NCBI GenBank assembly: GCA_030704615.1
Contig: CM060732.1
Coordinates: forward strand, 5,394,001-5,458,000
DNA: 64,000 bases
Reading direction: 5' to 3'
Source: Takakia lepidozioides
Lineage: Eukaryota > Plantae > Bryophyta
Under the pieces are notes generated by a model. The model was not told the DNA's origin. It searched no databases and saw nothing but the letters and a program-made list of their open reading frames with translations. Position 1 is the stretch's first letter, and every line of letters starts with the position of its first letter. A program made the position numbers and the translations under genes. Positions 23,811-35,241 of this stretch are shown here, one piece after another.

Positions 23811-25315
23811 TCAAACCTGCAGGTACCACTGCCAAGTTTGGGTCAACTCTGCCATCGACATGGGAAGGTGACATGGCGCACAATTACGCACATGGTCTTC
23901 CAAGTCATGCCATCCCGACCCCTAAGATCAGGACCCCTGAGGGCAACACCTCTCGAACCCTCAGAATAACACGCCCTGCAGTAACATCCAGAGTCGTAGG
24001 AGCAGTCTGCTGCAAATAAACATAGTCACCAGGGCTAAACCTCCGAACCCCAGGACGATATCCTCCACCACGTATAGTGGCATACCTCAACGTATCACGG
24101 TGCTGTGCAATGGCAAGGTTCTCAAAAGCCATGGGCATGACTTTCTTGAACAACTCTGCACGCTGATCACATGCACGTACCCACACGTCCGGATCGTCAA
24201 GGTTAAGGACTTGAGCAGTGTCCCTACGAATGGCTGCAGGCAAATCCGGCTCTCGGCCAAAGAGAAGGAAATATGGTGAGAAGGAGGCAAGTGATGCTTG
24301 TTTGCTGAACCTGTAGCCCATGGCTAACCAAGGAACCTGAAGATCCCAATCTCCTAGGTGTCCCTTCTGCAAGCCATACTTGCGCAAACCCCTCTTCACC
24401 GTCTGAACAACTCTCTCTGCTAAGCCATCGGCCTCAGGATGATCCCGAGAAGTGTGTGCGGTGGTCTATCAAGGCTTTATCACACAAAGCCTGAAACTCC
24501 CCCAAGAACTCTCTCCCTTGGTCCGTGAGTACCTCAGCTGGAGCACCAAATCGGCTAAGCACACGATCCAAGAATGCATACGCAGCCCCCTCACTAGCCT
24601 TGTCAGGCAATGGAACCAACTCAATCCACTTGGAGAAGTGCTCCACCATCACCAACACATATCTGTGGTGGCGCATAGTCAGTGGCAACGGTCCTGCGAA
24701 GTCAAGACTCCACCTGTAGCCCAATCCCATGATAGGTAAAGGATGCAACTGTGGTGTAGGGGCGTTGAATGAAGCACGCACCCTGTCACACACCATGCAC
24801 CTAGCCACAAACTGTTGCACCTCTGTATGCATACCACGCCACCAATACTGCCCCTGCAGTAAACTGTGAGTGCGTCGCACTCCAAAATGCCCCAACTCCT
24901 CATGGGCATGCCGCACTAACCGTGCACGCTGTGTGGGGTGAGGCACAATCCTCACCCGACCATCCTCCCACACTCGAAGTAGGTGTATCCCCTCCCACTT
25001 GAACCTCTTGGCTCGTTGCAGGATCCGATCCCTCTCCCTGGCAGTCACAATGGCTGCCGTGTCTCCCGTGCGGAGGTAGTCCAACACAGCCGAATCCTCA
25101 TGTATATCTCTGGCACCACCTAGCTCATCACTAGCCTCAGGGTCCTCAGACACTCCGTCTACAGTCATCCCTGTTGTAGGTCCAATCTGACCTCCCGATG
25201 CCAAGATACACAAAAATGCAGATGCGTGCCATCCCGGCACCATCTCCTCGTCCGTCTCACCATGCCACCGAGCTCCAGTGTCATCCTGCTGGCTCATGCA
25301 TGGATTGCGACTCAA
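23811..25315 (-). CDS. Element A1 integrase (frameshifted)
   Basis: HHCC 'HAHEELGHFG...CMVC'; catalytic 'WSLDFAG', 'LTDQGREF', 'DGLAERVVQTVK'; 'SPYFLLFGRE'. Confidence 0.93.
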
Positions 25316-26700
25316 TCCATCCGCATCCGATTGACCAAACCCGGTCGATGCACAACCTGAAAGTCATACTCCTGGAGTATAAGTGCCCACCGTGCAAGCT
25401 TCCCCGTAAGCTTGTCTGACTCCATCAACCACTTGAGTGGCTGGTGATCCGTGACAAGGGTGAAAAGATTGCCGTATAGATAGCACCTGAAGTGTGCCAC
25501 GGCCCACACTGCAGCTAAGCACTCTCCCTCATATGAGCTGTACTTAGCCTCTGCAGCGTTGTTCGAGCGGCTAGCGTAAGCCACTACGAACTCTCTTCCC
25601 TCATCATCCACCTGTGTGAGCACCGCTCCAAGCCCCAGCATGCTCCAATCCGTATGCAGCTGAAAGGGACGCCCCCTGATAGGTCGTCTCAAGATAGGCG
25701 CCGAGGTCAACCTCGCCTTGAGCTCTTGAAAAGCTCGTTCCTGCTCATCTTCCCACTGCCACTCCTGGTCCACCTTGGTCAGCTTGGTTAGAGCCTTTGC
25801 AATGGTACTAAATCCCTTGACAAACCGTCTATAATAGTTTGCCAACCCCATGAAAGCTCGAACTCGGCTCACATCCGTGGGGCGTGGAATTTGTGCAATG
25901 GCCTCTACCTTAGTCTGCTGTACCCCCAATCCTCCAGGATATATCATGTGACCCAGATACTCAATCTGGTTGTGGAAAAACTTGCACTTCCCCGGATGCA
26001 ACTTCAATCCGTGCGCTCTCAAGCGCTCCAATACCACCTGAAGGTGTCTCTCATGCTCCTCCATCGTAACACTAAAGATGATGATGTCATCTATGTAGCA
26101 CCGAGCAAAGTCCACCCCTGCTAGAATCCTATCCATGACTCTCTGAAACTCTGCAGGAGCATTCTTAAGCCCAAATGGTAAGAACCGCCACTGATATAGG
26201 CAATCCTTGCCGTGCTCATTGATCCCCCAGAATGCCGTCTTGCTTGTCCGCCTCCTTGATTGGCAACTGGTGATATCCGGATCGTAAATCCAAAGTGCTA
26301 AAGGCCTTAGCATGCCCGATGGCATCAAAGATCTCCTCTGGTGTTGGCATGGCATACTTATCGGACTTGGTCTGACGATTTACAGGCCGGTAATCACCGC
26401 ACATACGTCTCTCCGTCCAATTGCCATAGACATCCTTCTTGGCTGGCATCACTGTGGCTGAAGCATACTCTCCACCAGAGAGCTCCACCAAAACCTGCCT
26501 CCCAGAGATCTTGAGTCCTCATCTGAATCAAAGACCTCTCCATGTCACTGTATCTATAGGGTCTCCGAAAGATTGGCGTGTCAGTGGCCAACTCAATACG
26601 GATCTCTTGACCCTTCAGTGCTCCCAAGTCCTTCAAACTGAAGGCAAAGCAATTCCTGTAAGCCCTCAGGAACCGCCGTATACGTCGTCTCTCTCCTCCG
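25312..26700 (-). CDS. Element A1 reverse transcriptase and RNase H (frameshifted)
   Basis: 'RMCGDYRPVN', 'LDLRSGYHQL', 'LPFGLKNAPAEFQR', 'YIDDIIIF'; RNase H 'LHTDWS', 'EGECLAAVWA', 'TDHQPL'. Confidence 0.95.
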
Positions 26701-27084
26701 GTGACAATGGGTCCAATGTCAGGCTCCCAATTGTCCTCCGTAACTACAACCTTAAGTCCAGTGGGCTTAGAGGTAGAGGACGCGTCCCGTGGTTGCTATG
26801 CAACCTCTTGAGCAGTACTCCCTACCTGCTCAGTCAATGACAAGGCTCATCCTGCCCCATCATCTCATCCTTGAGGACCTCCTCAACCGAGAAGAATCCC
26901 CAACCTCATCCATCACAGCCGCCTTGGCTGCCAACTCCCTCTGAACCTCGAGCACCTCCCACGTGTGCCATGGATGCATGCACCCCGTGGTCCTCACATG
27001 CTCGCCCCCACTCACTGCCTGTACCGTCTCGGTAGGCAGAGAGACCATTGAGGGAAGTGTATTCCGCACTCTGCGTTGCTCAGC

Positions 27085-28045
27085 TAGAGCCAAGCTGATA
27101 ATCCAGGTCAAGCAATTGAGATCCATTGCTTGCCCCAACACTTGACGACGTGATGCCTCAGAAAGAGACGACACCGCCGTGGTACCAGTGGTAAAACCCA
27201 TTGCCCGCTCACGCTCGTCAGCATTAGGCTCCACTAACTGCTGCAACTGAGCATCCCACAGGAGGCCAGGTCCACTATCCCGGAAAGCATGCGATCCTGG
27301 GAAGCTGAGCAGTGTAGGTAATGCTGCTCGTGGTTGACCCACCTTGTTGACCACTGCCAAAGGCGAACGGTCATCGTGTCTCACACGTTGAGACTGCCTC
27401 CCTGTGTCCAGAATGTTATCCACTGTGAGATGTGCTGGCCGCTGCACCCCATCAAATGCACGCTTGAGCAGTGCGGGGTGGCATCATGTTAGTCCACCAT
27501 AGCCGTGGACGATGAGCCCGTGACCCCACTGTAGCTGCATCTAGCAACACTGCTGACCCAAGCCACGACCGGACTTGATGCACTGGCCATCACCCTGGCC
27601 CGAGAATCGCCCATCAGTGGCACATTCTCCAAGATGTATGCTGGAGATACAGCTTGATGAAGCTGCAAGTGGCGCAAAACCCGCACCATCTCCCAAAACA
27701 GACCCGACCTCGAGTCTCGCAATCCATTGCCATGCCCGGCTGATGAATGCCCTTGGCAGGGCCAACCTGCCACTACCAGATCAATGGAGCCAACCCGCTC
27801 CAAATCCTGCGCCCCCAGCAACGAAATGTCTGCTGGCAAGGCCTGCTGATATCCACGAATTGCAGACACCGACAACAACTCAGGGTACCGCTGCACCAAC
27901 TGAGCAACATGGCGAAGTGAAACGCGTCGTGCAGTCTCATCCCTCTCCACATACAGGTAACGCCGAACTCGTACACCTGCCTGTAACACAGCAGCCAATC
28001 CGGTGCTGATCCCGCCAAACAAGTCCAGAAGACAAATGCCTTCAT
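27085..28045 (-). CDS. C5-cytosine DNA methyltransferase domain (DNMT3-like motifs) inside the element A1 polyprotein
   Basis: Motif I 'LLDLFGGI', II 'YVERD', IV 'IDLVVAGWPCQGHS', 'SGLFWEMVRVL', VI 'YILENV', VIII 'AHRPRLWWTN', IX-X 'ERERAMGF...RRQVLGQAM'. In frame with the protease in ORF 27489-30065; frameshifts at ~27578 and ~27480. Confidence 0.95.
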
Positions 28046-30954
28046 CCGGAGACTGCCACACAATAGGTGTGGTGTCCAATGGAGACAATTGAGGTGGTCC
28101 TGGTGCAATCCCCACACTCTCCTCCTCTCCTGACGGTACAAAAGCCTCCACCCAGGCTTGTTGCACCCGTCGATCAGCATCCCGCTGCAAATCCTTGCTC
28201 GTGCCCCACAATGGAGTCTGAGCAACCATGGTAGGCAACTCCGCCATACCATACATGTCATCCTGCTCTCCCGGAGGTGGTACATCCTCTGAATGAGCAT
28301 TGCCCTCAAGCAACTCTCTAGGCCAACTCACTGCCGCTGTGAATGCTGCTAGTGTCGGCATCTTGCCTCGCTGGGCAACCGCAACTCCTCCTATGAACGT
28401 CACAGGGAGCTGCACACGCCGGCCCTCCCCTGACTGCCATGCAGGCCTATAGGAAGCTGACTCCTCCCAAAAATCCAGGGTGAAGCCCATGGGGTACAAC
28501 ACTGCCCCACCAACCAGGACATCGTATGAGACTGCGTCTGTCACAATGGCCTTGGCTCGCATCACTGAGCCATCTGTAGGGTGATCCGGCCGTAGTCTGA
28601 TAGCCAACTCATGCCGTGTCATGCCCCGAGCCTGCTCCGATCCTCCCAGAGACGTCTGTATCTGGAAAGGACAAGGCTCCATATCCGCCTCCGTGAGGCC
28701 CAAGCCTGCAATAGCAGCTCTGCCCAGCATCAGTGGCTGAGCTCCCGAGTCCAACAAGACTCGCAGTGGCCGGTACCTCTTGCCTGCCGGTCCACTCAAA
28801 CAGAAAATGCCATCCTGGTTGTCTAACATGACAACTCCAGGTGTCACCATGGCGCGCTCAATGGCTGGCCTAGCTGGCAGCTCCATCAACCTGGCAGCTG
28901 CAGCTTGCCATGGCGCCGCCGTGGCAGTCTTGACCCTCAAATCCGAGGATCCCTCCGGCACTACACCTCCCACTATCTCCGCAGAAGATGAAGTAACCTC
29001 CCCACTCTCACAGAGTGTAGCTGCCAGCCTGAACACCTCAGCTGGTCTTACCCCCGGCGTCGCAATCATGGTAGCCGAGAACAATGGAGCCTGGCACACA
29101 GATGTGGCCGCTCCTAGCAGCACACTAGCTGCCGTAGCCTTGGCAACACTAGGTAGTGGTGCTACCCGTGTAGCTCTCCCCAATGGCATAGTAACCTCCG
29201 CCTCGGTAACAGTCGGGCGAGAACTAGGTGCCATGGATGGCGTCGACACTGTCTCCGCCAATGTGAATGACTGAGGAAGCCTAGCCTGACGGCTTGCCTC
29301 CCCACGCTGTGGATCCAACTCCACCTCTGCACCTCGTGGCTCAGGAACTCGTGCTGCTCCTCGAGTCACGGCTGCAGCAGACTCCACCTGCACTAGTGGT
29401 AGTGCTGCTCCACACATGAATCCCATGCCTCCCATATCTCCTCCCTCAGGAGCAGGAGGTGGACCATCCGGCCTTAGAGCCGGTACCACCTGAGCTGTAG
29501 CCATGGCAGCGAGCCTCTGCTCTAGCTGCTGAAGCCGGTTGGCCATGCCTTGGTCAACACCCTGACCTCCGCGTCCTTGGCCACGTTGAGCTTGCCCTTG
29601 GCCTGCACCTCGTGGCTGGCCACCTCGTCCCTCTGGGGCTCCACCTCGCCCCCGGCCACCATTGTTCCCTTGGAACTGGCCTGGGCGCAACTCAGGATGC
29701 AAACCATAACACTGGCCTCTCCATGCCCGTGTTTGCCACAATGCCCACACTGCAACTGTGCAGGCTGTGCATGTGCCGCCCTTTGCCTCCCTCTGGCAAT
29801 CCTTCTTGACATGGGGTCCTCCACATGTCCAGCACACCACATCCGCCCGTTGTTGGCCAGCAAATGAAGGGAGAGACCCCTGCATCTGAGGTCCTCTCTG
29901 CCCTTCCCTGAGCTTCACCTGAGCCCCCTTGTTGCCTTGAGCACGTTGAGGTAGTGGTTGGCTAGGAGCACCACTACCCCGTGGTGTCTCCTTAGCAAAT
30001 CCCACCATGACCACTCGTTCCTCCACCATGTTGAGCTCTATCCGCTCTGCCAGCAAAAAACACATTTGCTAAGGTGGGTTGGGCCGCTTGTAGGAGAGTT
30101 GCATCCCGCACCCTTCTCCTCAGCTCCTTGTCCAATATCCCATACCAGAATTGGACTGCCTGAGCTTCCGTAACCCCTTGGGTTACATTTATCAAGCCTC
30201 ATGCGAGTGAAAGCCTCCCTCAAGCTCTCGGTCGGCTTCCGTTGGAACTCTTGCAAGCTCCGCAACTTCTCTGTCCTCACCCCTTGGTAGTTCCCTCTCA
30301 ACTCTTCGAAGAACTCCACAACAGGGTTGAAGGCAGGCACGGGTGCTAGTGCTGGTGCGGTAGTGGCTTGGGTGGACGTCGTAGCTACTGTACCACCAGT
30401 CCCACTGCTGCTTGCTGAAGCTGCCGGTGCAGCGGCAGGTGTAGCCACTGCCCTCGTGGCTCTAGTGCCCCTAGTGATGGAGACATAGTCGGGTGACCAG
30501 TACATCCTCCACTCCTCGATCTCAACCTCATGCCCCCGCCTGAACTCATGGTAATCATCCATAGGCGGCCCTCAAGGTGCTGAAACAGCCCTTTCCATGC
30601 CATGAACGGCGTAAATAGTTGTGGATTGCGCATTTGCTGCAAATCACACCAACTATCAAACTCTTGGATAAAATCATCCAACTCGATGGTGCCCACCGCC
30701 CCAGAGTACCTTCGTGGCCCCTTGGTAGCTCCATACATCTCCTCCATTGTGTCCCACAACAATGGCAAAGAAACAACTTGCACCGCCGGTATGAGTCCTC
30801 CTGATTCACAATCCGAATCAGAACCTTCCGTGGAAGACACAGGAGGTGAAGGTGGCCTAAACCGCACACCTCGTCTCGTGTACCCACTAGTATCGCTAGT
30901 GCTCGAACCGGCACTGTCCCCAGCAACTAGTGGCACCTCCGTGTTGACACTCAA
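28046..30954 (-). CDS. Element A1 gag and aspartic protease (frameshifted)
   Basis: Gag 'RRYSG...LDDFIQEF', 'QRKPTESLREAFTR'; zinc knuckles 'CWTCGGPHVKKDC' and 'CGHCGKHGHGEAQC'; protease 'RVLLDSGAQ...YDVLVG'. Confidence 0.88.
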
Positions 30955-31639
30955 CCGGTCATGAACATGTCCCTAACCCCCTCTCACAAGGTAACCGGGT
31001 AGAGAACCTGTTGCGGCTTATGGTTTGGAATACTAAGTTCCTAACATAGCCTACACCTGTACCTGCATCCACCGCAAGCACTCCTATGGTTGGCTGGTCA
31101 TCACCTCCAACCTCACCACAGGAGAAACAATGATGGTCTGGCTGGTCATCACCCCAGCCTCACCATCGACAGCATGCTCTAGGACTGGCCGGTGATCAAA
31201 TCCGGACCAATCACCTATAAAAACAAGCGCCCACACAAAACTAGCATGGCGCACAGTCAAGCATGCAGGTATGGAGGGGATCCAAACACAAGAAATCAGA
31301 ACGACAACTCCCCCACACCAAAAACAACTCCACGGTGTTGCTCCTGCAAGGACACCCCAGCCCAAACCCGGACTGACTCTTGCCTCCACCTACGGAAAGG
31401 TCTTGGCCTAATGAGAGGGTGGAAACTACGAGGAAGAGAAGCTAAAGCAATGCCTAACCCCAGCATGCCTCATCCCAACACTCTGCCTCTCCTCTCTTCC
31501 TCACTTGCATGACCATGGGAATATCATGAAGATACTCCTCAAACCGCCCTCCACGAGCTTCAAAATTCGGCCTTCCAGACCACATGCCAGTCCTTAGGCA
31601 GTCCACCAGTGCCTCCACGAGTCAGCACAGGCCGTCCAC

Positions 31640-32285
31640 AGGTCAACACGGGCCACCACAGACCAGCAGGCCCACACAGCTCACTGGTCACAGCCGTCAC
31701 AGTCAGGCACAAGGGCCTTTTTTTGTCACATTCACAGCCCGGGCCTTGTCACACATTTTTTCCCACAGGCCTCTTTCACACATTCACACAGAAGGCCCAC
31801 GGCCTGTCACAGCCCCTCACAGCACAGCCTCAAAGGCCTCAGGCACGGCCTGTCCCGTCACAGCCCAAAGGCCAGGCACGGCCTGTCACAGCCCCTCACA
31901 GCCCGTCACAGAGGGCACACAGCCCCTCACACACAGCCCAAAGGCCATCCACACACAGCCTCACAGCCCGTCACAGGGGGCACAGCCTGTTTTTCACAGC
32001 CGTCCACAGCACACACACAGCCTCACAGCCCGTCACAGACATTCACAGCCCCAAAGGCCACACAGCCTGTCACAGCCCACATCCCACAGGCACACACACA
32101 GCCCACAGCCCGTTGTTTCCTGCACACAGCCTCACAGCCCGTCCACAGTTACCACACACAGCCCGTCACAGCCCCACAGGGCACAGGGCACAGCCACAGG
32201 CACAGCCCACAGCCCGTTTGTCACAGCCCGTTCACAGCCTTTCACAGCCTTCACAGCCCATCACACACACAGCCCAGCCCCATGG
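31640..32285. repeat. (GT)CACAGCC-rich repeat array in the 5' region of element A1
   Basis: Dozens of 'tcacagcc' units; the overlapping ORFs are low-complexity artefacts. Confidence 0.9.
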
Positions 32286-32599
32286 CCAGTTTAGCCATTT
32301 CTCCAAGGGGTTTAGCCACGCCAAGCTAGGGTTTGTGTCTCTTGGACTCTAGGCTTCTTTCCACCGAGCTATGGTGGCTGTGAGGAAATCAGCAAGGTAT
32401 CCTTGCTCTTTCGGCTCCCACACACCACCATAGTAGCCCTAAGCCATGAGGTGGTTGCCACAAACCAAGCCTTCTTTCTCACTTAGCCTCCCCAAACACG
32501 CCACTAAACTCAATGGCAAACAACCAAGCCCTGCTGGTTCCCAGCCCTTGTGAGCACTCATTCAAGCACTCTCATTGGCCATAGCATCTGTCTTAGAGC

Positions 32600-33130
32600 C
32601 TATTCCAGCCCTCTACACCTGTTGCTTCAAGAGTTGCGCTCCCTTCAAGCTTGAAGTTGAAACCCCAACTCACATAGGCCCTACAAGTGCTTTTCTTTCA
32701 CTCCAAGTGGAAACCAGCCCTAGACCTTCCGTTCTAGCTCTCTAAGGCTTGAAAACAAGAGCCTCAATGGGCTGAAGGCATGCTCCACACATGCCCCACT
32801 CTCACCATAAGAGAATCAGCTCCTTTGCTTCATTTCTTGCACCCACAAACCTGAAATACAAGCTTCAGCAGGCTGAAAGCATGCTCTACATGCCCTACAG
32901 GGAAACCAGCCCCTTCCTCCTTTCTTGCACTCCCACACCTAAAAGTGCAAGCCTTCACCAGGCTGATAGCATGCTCCACACATACATTGCCCTCACATAA
33001 GGGAAGTCAGCCCTTCCCTCTTCCTTGCTTGCCCTCCAAGCTTGAAGATGGAAGCTTCAATGAGCTGAATACATGCTCCACACATGCAACCTCTTCACAC
33101 AAGAGATATCAGCCCCCTATCTTGGCTCCT
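32600..33130. repeat. ~90-105 bp imperfect tandem repeats in the 5' region of element A1
   Basis: 'gctgaa.gcatgctccacacatgc' at ~32774, 32874, 32964 and 33066; mirrored at 59170-59700 in A2. Confidence 0.8.
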
Positions 33131-34126
33131 TGGCTCCTTGATGCTCTCTAAGACAAGACTAAGCACTCCACAGCCTTTGCCAAGCTCCTGAAACCCTAAG
33201 GCTTACATTTCCAGCCACAAGACACTTCTCTTGTGGTGCAAGAGCTCTTCTTCCAAGCTCTGAAACCCTAGGTGCACATTCCATGGCCTTGCCGCACCTC
33301 TTAGCTCCTGTTCCAGCCCTGCTCTGCCATGACAAGAGCCCTCTCAATGCTGAAGCTCGAGATTGAAACCCAATCTCACCATACTCCACAAAGTGCACTG
33401 ATTTGCCCCAAGCCAAATCAGCCCTTTCGCTTGGTCTTGCAATCCTTCACACAATGAAAGCTCGCATTCCCAAGTCCAGTTCTCAGCTTTGCCACCAAAG
33501 CCACTATAAACCTGCTCTTGACTGGTCCTCTTCCCAATCGTGCTTGCTCATGCATGTACACAATCTGAAACCATCAAGGTGCTCTGGAATTACCTGCAGT
33601 ATGGTGCTTTCATCTCTGAAGCTGAAGATCGAATGCCAAGGTCTACCACCTCGTAACCCACATCGCCTCCGCTTCTAACAACCAAGAGCTCCACGGTGCT
33701 CCTTGCATAACAACTTGGTTTCTCTCATTCTCAAGCAAAAACCACAAGTGCTACAACTAACTCGTATCTAGCACTCATAGATACGAGCTCATCTTTCTCG
33801 AGTGATAAAGAAGAAGAATACAAGCACAAGCTCATGCGAGCTCACAAAGCTGAAGCATAAACTCATGCATATATAACCTCATCACTCAAACAAGTCAAGC
33901 CAAGTGCACCCCACGCCATGGGGAATCCACACTACGGCGCCATAGCTAGGCGCGGTGAGGCTCAACGAGAGAAAGATGAGCCTCCCGCGCTTGCGTGAAG
34001 ATAACCACTCCAGGGCCTAAATCTGCCTTGACCCCTGGATTGACACTTGGGCCAATCCCAAATGTCAATATGTAAAAGCTAGCTATTTCCTAGCTAGTTT
34101 CACACTAGTGGTAAAATAACTTGACA

Positions 34127-34635
34127 AAGGGAACATGTTAGTTCACAGACGACGGTTAGTGAGGGAAACGGTTAGAACCGCGGATAGGAAGATAAAGGGG
34201 AAACGGGGAATTGAGGGATATTCGGGAGGACTTCAGGAGAGGGGATGATGAGAACAGTAGATGCTTGTATATGCAAGGTAATGATATTGTAGAGCAGATT
34301 AGAGACACAATGGCTTCGGCCTGATACCTGATAAATCATAATCGGATACTTTACGATACAATCACACTGTGTAGAGAGATCTGAGTGAAGCTGTGGAATG
34401 AATGGATGAGTGAGGAACCAATAGATTGATGAAGCAAAACTGATACTTAATTATCAATGGTAAGTAGCTAACATGAATGCAAAAGGAAACAAATAGGAAA
34501 CACCCCCATGATACACTAGCTGTAGGTCATGACTGATTGTTCTGCGCGGGCTGAGTACTTAGAGATTTCCAACTCTTCTATCTTGGAGTTTCCGCCTCGA
34601 TAGCGAAGGGATGGGTGAGTAAAAGCCGCGCGACA
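34127..34635 (+). repeat. Element B 5' LTR, second part (ends ...GCGACA)
   Basis: Matches 46117-46683 with several small deletions. Confidence 0.93.
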
Positions 34636-34637
34636 TT

Positions 34638-34656
34638 TGGCGACCATACTGGGGAC
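34638..34656 (+). promoter_or_regulatory. Primer-binding site of element B (tRNA-Arg-like)
   Basis: TGGCGACCATACTGGGGAC lies 2 nt after the LTR end and resembles the TGGCGAC...CTGGGGA PBS of Tat/Ogre-type elements. Confidence 0.7.
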
Positions 34657-34665
34657 CTGGGACAT

Positions 34666-35160
34666 GAACAACCAGATGTGACAGGCATCTGGTGGGATCA
34701 TGGTGGTTGGACCATTAAAGAATTTGAAGTGAATCAAATTCCCTGTGGAACGAAGGAAGAAAGATTGTCCAAACAATTCTTTCAAAGGTTCTTGGAATTG
34801 CCAGACGGTTGTAAAGAAAATATTCTTAAACGAGTGCATGATGCTGATCCAGAATGGGGTCTGGAGAAAGGAGTGATAAAGATTTATCAGGTAGCCTGTA
34901 GAGGAAGAGCACGTTGGTTACCAACATTGGTTTATGTGATAGCATTGCTATCCATTAAACGAGTAGAGTTTGAAGGCTGGGAAGAAAGAAAGGTGAATGT
35001 TTATACTCATATGCATGAAGAGCTTGTACTGGTAAAGAATTGGATTCCAAAGGATATTTTGTGGATCAAACTCACACCAAGAACAGCTTTTCAGACTTGT
35101 TTGCCATATGGTTATGGTAACGGAGACTTCAAGTATAGCCAAGGGTGCATTGAAGCTTGA
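34666..35160 (+). CDS. Extra ORF upstream of gag in element B, unknown function
   Basis: Open frame 34615-35160 with protein-like composition, between PBS and gag; start codon uncertain. Confidence 0.5.
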   Translation, partial: EQPDVTGIWWDHGGWTIKEFEVNQIPCGTKEERLSKQFFQRFLELPDGCKENILKRVHDADPEWGLEKGVIKIYQVACRGRARWLPTLVYVIALLSIKRVEFEGWEERKVNVYTHMHEELVLVKNWIPKDILWIKLTPRTAFQTCLPYGYGNGDFKYSQGCIEA

Positions 35161-35241
35161 AAGAAACCAGGCATATACGAGAGATATTACAGAAGAGAGT
35201 TTTGGTTATTGCCACATTAAAAGAAATGAAAGACATGGGAC

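Larger units (their letters stand above)
22944..34126 (-). mobile_element. Element A1: Ty3/Gypsy retrotransposon with gag-PR-DNMT-RT-RH-IN-PHD
   Basis: Terminal direct repeats 22944-23217 and ~33855-34126 (start TGTCAAG on minus strand). PPT-like AGGGGGGGA at ~23409-23417. Inserted into B's LTR between CCTGCG and AAGGG. Confidence 0.92.

Noticed and set aside
31584-32352. His/Ser/Thr/Gln-rich ORFs (also 22623-22910, 45801-46049, 59984-60454)
   Set aside because: They arise from stop-free CACAGCC repeats and show no protein-like signal.
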